From: Podarcis gaigeae
Lineage: Eukaryota
Strand: one strand, 5' to 3'
Assembly: GCA_964106915.2 (NCBI GenBank)
Contig: OZ066922.1
Length of the DNA stretch: 64,000 bases
This document shows, one piece after another, positions 12,674-23,735 of the stretch; the stretch's first letter is position 1; each line of letters opens with the position of its first letter. The notes under the pieces are model-generated. The model was not told where the DNA came from. It saw nothing but the letters and a program-made list of their open reading frames with translations, and did not search any database. Made by a program: the position numbers and the translations under genes.

Positions 12674-12767
12674 ACAAAAAAAAATTCCTTCCAGTAGCAC
12701 CTTAAAGACCAACTAAGTCAGTTCTTGGTATGAGCTTTCGTGTGCATGCACACTTCTTCAGATACAC
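12674..12767 (-). mobile_element. 94-bp Penelope-like element terminal fragment with 10-bp TSD
   Basis: TSD CCTTGTCCAT at 12664-12673 and 12768-12777; shares AATTCCTTCCAGTAGCACCTTAAAGACCAACTAAG with 61654-61690; contains a hammerhead motif. Confidence 0.75.
12728..12765 (-). ncRNA. Minimal type I hammerhead ribozyme motif
   Basis: Minus strand reads GUAU-CUGAAGA-A-GUGUG(CAUG)CACAC-GAAA-GC-UC-AUAC: catalytic boxes, 4-bp stem I, 5-bp stem II, palindromic AGCU stem III. Confidence 0.75.
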
Positions 12768-13795
12768 CCTTGTCCATGTTTATGAGGACTGTGCCATCAA
12801 GTAATGACTTGCATGCGTACATGCCACCAGGTGTCATCGCAGATGCCTTGCTTTTCAGTAGCATCAGTTCATACGATTAGAAGGGTGCATAATCAAGTCT
12901 AGAGTCATCAAGAGGCATACATTTGTGAACTAGACCTAAGAGAATTCCTTTTCAGGAGGGAGTCAGTTTTAGGAAAGCTTTGACTGTAATTTTAGACTGG
13001 TTCCTATTTACATATTTGGTTGTTTGTTACTGCTAGTACTAACCAAGAAATAATCTGAAACCATTTTAAGTAGGGGCACTTAATTATCTACTATAGGCAT
13101 GAGGAACATTTGACCCTCCAGATATTGCTGAACTGCAACTCCCATCATCCCTTGCCATTGGCCACACTTCCAGAGGCTGATGGGAATTGTAATTCAGTAA
13201 CATTTGGAGAGCTCCCTGCACCTGATCTGCTGCAGCACATGGTTGGAATTCTATCCTCTGATCTGCTTTTATTCCAGTCAAAAAGTAGCACTAGTCCTAA
13301 AGTGTCTGTTAGTCGTTGTTACCTGCAGGCCCCTCCTAGTCCTAGGGTGCTACTGTAAAAGCTCTGGTTAAGATATTGAGATAAATATCAGAACCAATGA
13401 TTTCACCTGTTTCTGGGAAGAATACACCAGCATTTTTTTGCTGATAGCATCTCTTTAACTATGTAATTCTACTTGAATTCTAGTTGAATTCAACAGGACT
13501 TGCTCCAAATCCCAAGTTAGCCAACTGGCTTTCAGAAAGACTGAAGGAAATCACCAACTCATGGACAAATACTCAATTACTCATTCCAACAAAATTTATA
13601 ATATGTGTGTTTGTAGCAGGGATAGCTAGTATCTGAGGGTTAACATGACAGTTCCATAAACTGTGAACAGGTCTTCAGTTAGGTATCACCACCAGACATA
13701 CTAAATTTGATATTAACATCAGGTTATTAATATTAAAATGTAATAAATTTCAACCAAGTTTTCCTGCTCAAAATATAACATGGCACTGGCATTTA

Positions 13796-13846
13796 TATAT
13801 TATTATATTATATTATATTATATTATATTATATTATATTATATTAT
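13796..13846. repeat. (TTATA)n microsatellite
   Basis: Read directly. Confidence 0.9.
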
Positions 13847-14751
13847 GATTTAGAATATCCAGATTAGTTATCAGTCAATTGCCACCGAAATGTTCCAGGA
13901 GCAGGTGAGAAAACCACTTGTAGGCCAAGGAGCAAATCAGGAACCTGCTGCTCTAGAACCGACCCAGGCCAGAGTAATCAGTTTGTAGATTGTAGGCCAA
14001 GCAGCATTAGGTTGGTGAAGATATAAATACAAAAACAGTATTCTGGAAATGCAGAATCTAAACCAAGAATGCCAAGATGAAATATAACAGGGAAAGCTTT
14101 CCCATTAATAAATGATCTCACAATCTAATCAACGGTGCTGAGGGATTTTTAAAAATTCAGTTTCGTGAAAAATATAGTGTACTGCATTGCAAGTCAGTGT
14201 ACCTCCTCCCTTTGGTGTGTGAGGGTGGTTCCTCCATTGAAGTAAAGAAGGAATGTCTTGAAGGCTCTGTATTTGCATCATGACTGCTGCACCACATCTC
14301 GGGTTCCGACACTGACTTCCAATCCCTTCCCAATGCCATCACAAATGCCTAACCTTTAAAGGGCTCCATAACCTTTTCCCAAACTGTCTCCCCATCCGTC
14401 TTTCCCAATATATCTCTGCCCTCATGACCTCAAACATTACCACTGTCGGCCACTTATTCCCTTGCTGTCTCTTATCCCAGAATTCTTAAATGGCTGCCAA
14501 ATCTTTTTACTTCCTTCCTCGAAAACATCTTTCGTTTGAGGTTCTTTCCTAAACTGAACATCCAGTGGAAACTGCAATGAAGCCTACGTATTTGTACCTC
14601 CATTGACCACACTGATTTAATTATTAGTCTAATATTTCTCCACCTCCCTTTCCTCTTTGCCCTCTGTTTTCCTCGTTGTCAAACTTCAGACTGGGAGCCC
14701 ATTGGGGAAGGGACCTGGCTAAAGCATCATGTACATTGATGGTGCTGCAAA

Positions 14752-14753
14752 AA

Positions 14754-14803
<50 letters not shown>
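14752..14803. repeat. (AAAT)n microsatellite
   Basis: Read directly. Confidence 0.9.
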
Positions 14804-14804
<1 letters not shown>

Positions 14805-14938
14805 CAGATTACTGAATTAGGCCAATGGGTCATTTTATAAAACATGCTTGACTATATTTACAAGTGCCTTTTCTCTAAACTGTCCACCAAATTCAGATTT
14901 TAAAACAAAGGTGGGGCTTCCAGGTGTTGTTGCTAGCA

Positions 14939-15086
14939 GCTGGGATAGCTCAGTCGGTAGAGCACGAGACTCTTAATCTCAAGGTCATGAGTTTGAGCCC
15001 CACGTTGGGCAAAAGATTCCTGCATTGCAGGGGGTTGGACTAGATAACCCTTGTGGTACTTCCAATGCTACAGTTCCATGATTCTA
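14939..15086 (+). mobile_element. tRNA-Lys(CTT)-derived SINE with CR1-type 3' tail
   Basis: Head TAGCTCAGTCGGTAGAGCACGAGACTCTTAATCTC..GAGCCCCACGTTGGGC fused to GGTTGGACTAGAT..TTCCAA..ATGATTCTA; more copies in the window. Confidence 0.8.
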
Positions 15087-18000
15087 CCCATGACCATTGT
15101 TGATGCTGGGTGGACCTGATGGGAGCTGAAGTCCAACCACTTCTGGAGAATCACTGGTTCCCCACCCCTTTTAAAAACCATCACATGAAGTGACAGCTGT
15201 GCTTTCCCCCATAACATATCCTTTCTCTGTTTTCTTAAAGATTTCTTTAAAAAAAAGAAAAGTGGTTTGTACTAGCTTTCTATTTCCTAATATTGCAGAC
15301 CAATGTCCCCTTATTATCTGAGTAACATGGATTATTCAGATCTCAATAGCAGCGCTCTATTTCTAGGAAAAAAGACAGGAGTGGTAATTCCTTCCTAGAA
15401 ATCCCTTCGTCTGCCTTGAAAGGCCTCATTCTTAACAAGAGAAGTATGGGAGTGAGGAAAATTCACTCTACATGCATTCCAAAGTCTTCTCTCCTTTGAA
15501 TCATGTCCACATGCTCAAGCGTTATGCTTCAGAACATGGGTTCTGAAACCAGCCTTGGACGCTACAGTTAACAGCAGTTAGCAGAATCAATAGGCTTCTC
15601 CCCAGATCAATAAGAGATTTTAAACAGCCTTGCATGTAACCAGTGTTGATCAGGCAAAATGAAGCAAAATGTCAGTTGCCAAACCTGTTCCCTGTTCCAT
15701 CTGTGCAGCTGTCCTCTTGAAGTCTCTTTCTACATGATCAACCAAGAGCCCTTAAAAACTACCCATTTAACTCTTCAATAAGCTTTCCAAGGCAGCAACC
15801 TTCTTCATAAGGTGAAAGTTAATGAATAGGGCGAAAAGGGATGTTGCTTGCAAAAGCTTATGCCACAACAGAATAGTTCATTTCTACAATGCCACAGGAG
15901 CAATGGTTGCCCCTGCTATAACACAGCTCTCCTTTAGGAATGTTCATTTTCATTGCAGGAAGCTGCATCTGGCAATTGACTCCCTAATCTTTTGAATGTG
16001 TGGGGTGTGCTTTGGGGTCATGTGGGCACATCCCTGTTCTTGTTCTCCCCCTTCTTCAAGTTCTTGGCTTTAAAACCCTTGGCATCGCCCTCTTAGAAAA
16101 TGCCTGTATCAACTGGGGACAGAATGGAACACATTCCTTTAAAGAAAGTATGACAAATTGCAATTCTAATCATCTTAGCTGGCAGCGATTTTTCTGCTCA
16201 GGCTATCACTTCATTCAGTCTTCTCCTCCCCTGCTCAGCTTTCAATTTTTAAGATATTGTACCTTTATTCTTACAGTCATGTGTTGTGAGGTATCTGTTT
16301 GTTCTTAATTCAATACGAGCGCAAACTGACAGAATTACATTTCTCTTGCAGTTACATTGCATTGCATGGGAGCAACAATTCAGACCTTAATGTTAACTAA
16401 GCCCCATTCAGTTACTGTTTTTACCACCAGTATAGCAAAGGGGTAGCATCATACTGAACTGAACAAGAATCTAATCAAGGAACCTTCCCATTACCTGAAT
16501 GATTTAAACAAAAAATGAAATAATTTCATAGCTGTCATTTTGGTAGTGCCAGGGACAACTGTTCTTTGTTCCATCAAATATATCCCCTAAGGAGATGTAC
16601 ATTCCAGCTGAGGAACATCATGAAAAACAGAGCATTTTCAGATTTGATTTTATCGTGGTATTATTTTTGCTACTTGACCCTTGCAATAGCTACAGAGTGC
16701 CTATTACTGAAGCCTTCTAGAAAACCCTCTGAGCCTTACAAAAGAGAAATATCAAGATGATGCCAAGTGAGAGACGGAAGGATGGTCACATGTGCATACT
16801 GTATATACTAAAAATTCATCTGAATCTATGTCATAGGAGACTGCTGTTCCAGAAAAGCAATGTTCCCTGTAGCAGGCTTATCACACAGGCAAGAGCCATT
16901 TCTATCCCAAATGCAGGACTCATTCTGTGCTCACTCTTCAGTTGCTTTCCTCCCCCCAAATCAAGGAAATGTTCCTGAGAGTGCTGTGATTTATTGAGAA
17001 AGGGATGGGGCAGAGTAATTCTAATATGGAGAATTGCAAAAAGGAAAATGGCTGATCGGTGCCTCTTGCAGCTATTGCTGTTCAAAATCAACAATCCACT
17101 TGCAGCTTTTTTGCTGCTTCCCCACTCATCCTCTTGCTATGCACCCTTTCCTACACCAAAAGAGGCCTTGGGGGTTGAAACATCCCTCAAGAATCTCTCT
17201 CTCTCTCTTTTTAAGCATAAGGCATATGCCAGAATGTGGACTTGTGAATTACTGAGGCAGCCTTCACAAGGCAATGAACAGGCTTGGGATAAATGGTCCT
17301 GTGCCATGTGCAACCACGCACAAGGATGCTATCTTGCCACCCCTCCCAATTTGCCCACTCCTTCTCCTCCTGCATATGTGTAGTAACTCTGCCCAGTGAG
17401 ACAACAGGCTGCTTCTGGACACTGCTTTTAGAAGAGTAAGCAGAGGAACCTGGTGCCAAATGTCTTTCCCCCTATTATGGAAAGATGGTGTGCTGAATAT
17501 TCATCTTCCCAGTATACTCTGCTGTGGGAAGGTGAAAATATACACTGTTTCTAGCAGTGGACAGGATTAAGCAGCCGGTGCCCCTGAATCTTCAGGAAAA
17601 GGCAGGAAGAAAGCCCCAAATGCCGCTGTCCTGCAAGCTCTTGTCGCCACATTCTCTCCCTGCATCTCTAAAGCATTTCTTCAGGGAAGAAAGACCCGCC
17701 TTCACAAAGCAAATACCCATGCAGAAAGGGTTGACATGACATTCAGTCACAATGCATGCAGAGGTAAATAAGAGCACACCCCACATAGGCAGGGCCCATG
17801 GGGGCTTCCATTATGGAGCAGGGTGGGGTCCTGCTTACACCACAATCAGTCATGACTGCAGCCAACCTTATGTAATACGTTGAAAGCACAAGAGAGAGAT
17901 CCTTGGAAGTCTCTAGCCAAAATGCAAAGCAGATGGTATGATCTGGTCTGAAGGGGGTCAAGTGGCAGGACAGGAGTAGAGCAGGACCACCCTGAGCAGG

Positions 18001-18252
18001 CAATGGTGCAACCATCTTCCAGAGGGAAATTTAGCTGGATGGATGGGTGCATTCTCCCTAGTTTAATCCCCTCACGCCCTGCCCCACAAGCCCTCCCAGG
18101 CTCTCTGGAGCAGCTGAATGCCAAAGTCATGATTCCCACCCCACTCAAACACACACTTGCTTAATGCACAAGAGCACCTGCTGCCCTAACTCCACCAACA
18201 CAGGAGCAAAGGGTTTCTGGGTAGGGGAGGATTTGAATGAACTGAACATTCA

Positions 18253-18492
<240 letters not shown>

Positions 18493-19092
18493 TCACAAAG
18501 AGAAAGAGACCTTCGTTCATTTGCCATGGGACTTGCCTCAGATTGCCAGTTTCACTGACCTTAGGGATGATCTATATCCTAAAATCTCAGCCATCTCCCT
18601 CCCTCCCCTTCAGGGTCCGGATACCCAAACTGAGCTTGGCAGGGGAAGGGGGGCAATATCTGGAAAGCACATGGCTTGTTGCCTTCCTCACATGAAGGGT
18701 GCAATCCAGATCTATTCAGAGCAATGAAAGGTGGGAGGTTTTGGCTTCCCCATCCTGATTTCGATGGGATGTGGATTGCACCTTCCCGAATGTCATCAGT
18801 GAAGTGTTTAGTTTTAAGCCATGAACTGCCTTGTGGAAAGGAGTTGCTTCTAGTGGGATGGGATTCGAGAAGATGGGTAACCTTTGGATTTAAGAATGGG
18901 GGGGGGAGGGCACAGGAGTTGATCTAAAATGAAGGCACTTTTCCTTTTTTTGGCAAGCATCCACTCCAGCAAGAAAAGGCTGGATTTAAGGGTGCATGCC
19001 ATGAATACGGCAATTGGACCTGAGTGGTGACCGTGTGCCAGAATCTCATCTAACAATATATATATGGGATCCTCTCTGACGGGGCCACTCAC

Positions 19093-19180
19093 CTATTTGT
19101 ATGCCGTTGGAGTAGACCCCCCAGATGAGTCCCCAAACCAAAGGAGCCAGGAAGAGAGCAATCTGCCGGATCTTTTGCAT
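19093..19180 (-). CDS. GRIA2: AMPA-type glutamate receptor subunit 2, coding exon 1 (88 nt, signal peptide)
   Basis: MQKIRQIALFLAPLVWGLIWGVYSNGIQI-G|gtgagt; homologous to the GluA2 N-terminus [29 protein letters not shown]. Confidence 0.93.
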
Positions 19181-19646
19181 TGCCATGAAAAGTAGAGCAT
19201 CCACAAAGCCACAGAATATTCCTTTGCTGCAGCCGCCGCTGCCTTCTCCTCCCTTGCCCGTTTGTCGCTCAGCAAATTAGATCCTCTGCATCTTGGGCGA
19301 GCAGATGAAGGACCCGAGCTGGAAATGAGCCCTCAGCGAGAGAAGAAGCAGAGGAGGAGGAAGAGGAAGAGGAGGAAGGGGGTGGATAGAGAAGCAGCCT
19401 TGGCCCGCTGCTGCAGTGCTCCCGAGGCCAGCCCGGGGAAGGAAAGAGGCGCCTGGGATGCCGTTTTCAACGCTGCTCTTGCGCTGCCGTCGCCTCGGTA
19501 CATCCAGCTCCTTCGCCGGCGAGCACACGCATTCGCCCAGCTCTGCCTCTCTCGCCCTCACACACACGCACTCACACACTCACACGCGCGCACACACCGC
19601 ACACTCGCGCACAGCCAGGCAAGGCGAGCCAAGGGAAGAGGCGGCG

Positions 19647-19658
19647 TGCGCGTGCGCC
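19647..19658. promoter_or_regulatory. NRF1-type site
   Basis: TGCGCGTGCGCC fits the GCGCAYGCGC core on the minus strand; an NRF-1 site is known in the rodent GluR2 promoter. Confidence 0.6.
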
Positions 19659-19759
19659 GCCGGAGAGAGAGCCTCCTTATGCCCCCCCCCTCTCCGCACG
19701 CCCCCTCCCCGCGTAGGCCTGGACGCGCGCGCGAGCTCGGCGAGCCTTGGCGAAGGCAC

Positions 19760-19760
<1 letters not shown>

Positions 19761-19794
<34 letters not shown>
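19761..19794. repeat. (CTG/CAG)11 trinucleotide repeat in the GRIA2 promoter
   Basis: Read directly. Confidence 0.92.
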
Positions 19795-19795
<1 letters not shown>

Positions 19796-19827
19796 GGGCG
19801 GCTGGGCTCGCCAAGAGGCTGGTCCTT

Positions 19828-19848
19828 TTCAGCACCACGGACAGCGCC
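19828..19848 (+). promoter_or_regulatory. RE1/NRSE (REST binding site)
   Basis: TTCAGCACCACGGACAGCGCC is the canonical 21-bp consensus; GRIA2 is a known REST target. Confidence 0.95.
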
Positions 19849-19923
19849 GCGGAAGACAGCCGGGGACAGCTAGGCTTCGGTCCAAAGCAGCCCCTTCCGC
19901 GCCCCCTACGGCTGCAGCGAAGA

Positions 19924-19925
<2 letters not shown>

Positions 19926-19975
<50 letters not shown>
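19926..19975. repeat. (CT)n microsatellite
   Basis: Read directly. Confidence 0.92.
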
Positions 19976-19977
<2 letters not shown>

Positions 19978-21735
19978 CCCCCAGTCTCTCTCGTTCTCTC
20001 TCGTTTCACCGGACAATCGCGGTTTCTGCCAACCCCCGCTCTCCCCACCTATTGAGAGCGATCAGGCTTACGATCCAGAGAAGCAGAATGGTGTGGGTTG
20101 TGCCAAAGCGTAACTTAGAAACGGCCTGCTTTCCAGAGCTGCTTGCTTTCCCCTCCCCCGCTTCCCCAAATCTGACGGTTCAAGGAGCATCTTGGTCGGA
20201 GGAGAGCTGCTCGTTTGCTTTCTGCATGCTAATCGCTTAAAAAACAATCAGACGCGTTGGCGGGCAGGAGAATGCCGTCTTAAAAAGAAGCGAAAGGAGA
20301 TCAGCGCCCACCAGCTAGAGCTGGTCTGTCTGAATTTTTCACTCTTCCACCGAGACCAAGTTCTTGCTCTGAAAGGTTGGGAAACCGGGTCAAAAAGTAG
20401 GAACGGGGTTCAGCTACATTCTCTTTCCCAGAAACAGCTGTCTGCAGTTTCATGAGCTTCAAAGGAAAGCCAGTGCGAATATTGATCTCTTCAGCACACA
20501 TTCTTACACATTTGATTACATGTGCCCATTGCATACACGCCCACGTTTAGCTGTGACATTTTGTACATTCAGGAAAGGTGTCACAATGGTCATATGAATA
20601 CAGACCCACAGGTGCACGCCACTATTTGTTCATCTTGCTATGGGGCACCAGACTAGTAGTAGATTAATATACATCAGGTTTAACCTGCAGGCAATTGGAA
20701 AGAGGCCCCCATCTGTCTATAATGGAAGTTTATTGTATTTTTGTCTGTTTTATTATTTGGTTACTGTAGTTTAATATCATATTGTGTACTGGGGAATTGT
20801 AATAGTGATATATCACCTTTAAGTATAAATGAATAAATATTGTGAACTTGTAGCTTCAGATTGAGGTGAGAGACATCCATAGCCAAACACATAACTTAAA
20901 ATTAGTAGCAGAACATAATTACTGAGCTTCTGCCTATTTGTGAAAAACTTTACTGAAGAGAAGGAAGGTGCAAAATTGGAAACTGGGTTCCAGAGTATAT
21001 TACAACCCACTATCAAGCTCCTAAAGTGTTGCCATGTTATTCAGAGCTGCAGTGAAATTCCATACACTGGATGTTTCATTCCATTCATTTTAAAGCACAA
21101 ATTCTCTCTTGCCTTGCTAAAGCTTACCAGAGGCTTTGCCTTCTTCTGTGGTGTGTTTCTCAGATGAAAAAATATTGGCCAGGTGTGGGGTTGTCTACTG
21201 AAGGCCAGTGAAGAGATCCTCCCTCCTATTGGTGAGAGATACCCACTAGGGAAAAATAAAGCAGCAAGTGCCACTGAGTTTTCTTCCCAGAAAATCAAGT
21301 AGGGAATTGTGGCCTGAGAAGTGTAAGGGGAATCACAGTTATAATATTGTCCACTGGCTTGCCCCTGAGTCTATGTCTTTCCCAATGGACATAAAGCAAA
21401 AGCAACAAAACCCACTTCTACTTTAGTGTGATGGAGGAACGGCACAGCTCTTATTTTGCTGGAGCACACAACCAACCACCTGTGTTACAGATGGGCAAAT
21501 TGTGGCCTAAGCTGGTGAAGCCCTTGCCCTAATTTCATGTGCCAAGGAGAGGGAAATGGGCAGAGGAGAGAGAAGTGGCAGCAGTAGAGGGGGGGGGAGG
21601 GAATGTCAGAAAGAGAAAGGAATAAGTGGTGATATAAAGAGGGTGGCCTCACCCATCTTTGGCTTCAGCCCCACCCACATTTGGCCCTACCCTACCCAGG
21701 GCTTTTTTTCAGCTGGAACTCACTGGAACTCAGTT

Positions 21736-22480
21736 TTTTTTTTAATTAAAGATTTTCTTGTCTTACAAAAGTGTTTGCAGTCTCTCTCTCTCCCCCCCCC
21801 CCATGTAACATTTTTACAAATCAGCTGAGACATTGTTGAGACATTGGGAAGAAAAGGGGGAAAGAGGTGGGAAAGATGGGTGGGAGTCGGGCGACGGTGT
21901 TACTATTTTACTTACTATATGTAGGGTTTGGTGTCAGCGTTGTTTGTGTAGGTTCTTTGTTGTTCGCTTGTGTTCCTTTGGTGGTGAGAGAGGTTGGGGT
22001 TGGTCTAGGGTGTGGTTGTTCATTTGTGGTTGGCTGTGGTGATCTTGGTTTACATGTGTGAGTGGGGTGGGTGGGTGTTTTGGATCAGGTTAGCCATATT
22101 GATTTGTATGTTGTTGGTGGGCTTTTGTTGTTGTCTTGTTGGGCTGTGTATGTGATAAAGGGGAGTCATACCGGGGTGAAGTTGTCTTCGTCTATTTGTC
22201 CCTGTGTCAGTTTGTTTATTGGTTAATTTTTCTAGTAAGGCTGTTTCCCATACTATTTGGTACCATTGGTCCATGCTTACTCCTGACAGGTCTCTCCAGT
22301 GTCTGGCTATGATGCTTCTGGCCCCTGAAAGTAGGTGGGTTATGAGTTCTTTGTGGTGTAAGTGGGCATTATTGTCTGGGAAGATGTTTAGTAAGGTCAA
22401 TTCTGGGGTGATTTCTAATACTTGCTTGGTTATTTTGTTTATTTCTTGTATGGTTCTTGTCCTGAATAGTTGGATTTTGG
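21736..22480 (-). mobile_element. 5'-truncated L1 (ORF2 C-terminus, 3'UTR, polyA) with 15-bp TSD
   Basis: TSD CACTGGAACTCAGTT at 21721-21735 and 22481-22495; T-run and ATTAAA-type signal at the left end; ARSIIARHW..WETALLEKLT resembles L1 ORF2 C-terminus. Confidence 0.8.
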
Positions 22481-23681
22481 CACTGGAACTCAGTTCTGGC
22501 ACCTCTCAGGTGAGCACCATTGCCATTATCAGAGAAAAAGAGAGGAGTTTAAAGCAACAGCTCATTCTGAGTTCCAGCACCTCTTTTCCTAGAAAAATAA
22601 AACCGGCCCTACCAACATTGCCAGTATGTGGCCCCTGACAGATTATCCCCAAGAAAATGTAGTCTTTGGGAGAATGTAGACTTGGAGAGAAATAAGATTT
22701 GCCCATTCCTAAGCTAAAATATGCCCATAGATTTGCAGAGCAAACATTGGTGGAGCTGAGTTTACTTCCAAGTGTGCAATGCATACAAGGAAAAAGGTTG
22801 ATCTTACAGGAGAAGCTCCTCCGTTATTGGCTGAACCACTGAGGCCCCCCATGACAACAATAAAATGCAATTGAAGAGATTTATTTTAACAAACAAAGGT
22901 ATTTCCCCCACCATTGCTGGGCCATCTCTCTTTGAAAGAGATAGGAGATTTAAAGTGTACCATCATCACACTAACCAATCATGCTATTCTTCTCATAGCT
23001 GTCCTCTCAGGGACAAGGGAAGCTTAGAGATCCCAGAGAAAATCACATAACAAGATGTCTTGCTTCCTTATATTCTCATATTCTGTCTTTGGAATCAGAG
23101 CTGGGTTGAGAGACAAGAGTCTGTGGTGGTGGAATCAGGGCAACAATGCAGAGGAAGGGAAGATTCATCACCACCCCTCAACTGCTCATCCTTTTGTTCC
23201 GAAACCCATCCTCAACCCCCCACTTTATACAGAAACGGAGAAGGCACATGAACAACAACCATTGCTGCTCCTGCCATCTCTAGTGGGGCCCTGAATTAAG
23301 AGAATAGATGGAATAGATGTACCACTTCATAACAGCCCTTGACTAATTAATGCAGACAAGCTTTGCAAGAGCAGACATATTATGGAAATTTGATAAATTT
23401 TCAGGAGAGCATGCCAGCTGACAGCAACAACTTGTCTTTTATAAAACCCTGATGTGCCATATTTCAGCCAGCATGATTCCTAAGCCTTCTGTTATGGGGG
23501 GGGGGCAATACCTTCCAAAGATAAAACTTATGATTTTCACTTTCTGTTAAGCTTAGGCTGCATAAACACCATTCATATAAAACCCATTATTCCCCACCCC
23601 ACAAAGAATCCTGGGAACTCTAGTTTGTTAAAGTTGCTGGGAATTGTGAAGAGTAGACTACAGTTCCCAGGCTTCTTTCCG

Positions 23682-23714
<33 letters not shown>

Positions 23715-23735
23715 CGTGTGTGCGTGTGTGTGTGC
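23682..23735. repeat. (TG)n microsatellite
   Basis: Read directly. Confidence 0.9.

Larger units (their letters stand above)
19230..20300 (-). promoter_or_regulatory. GRIA2 CpG-island promoter and 5' leader
   Basis: High GC/CpG density immediately upstream of exon 1; contains NRF1 and RE1 sites and GT, CAG and GA repeats. Confidence 0.85.

Noticed and set aside
14939-15011. Functional tRNA-Lys(CTT) gene
   Set aside because: T-loop reads GTTTGA, acceptor and T stems are mismatched, it is fused to a CR1 tail and has diverged copies elsewhere: a SINE head
19262-20240. Long ORFs of 203, 274 and 123 aa over the GRIA2 promoter
   Set aside because: Stop-poor GC-rich sequence and microsatellites give poly-Ala/Cys/Leu and SL/ER runs; no recognisable domain
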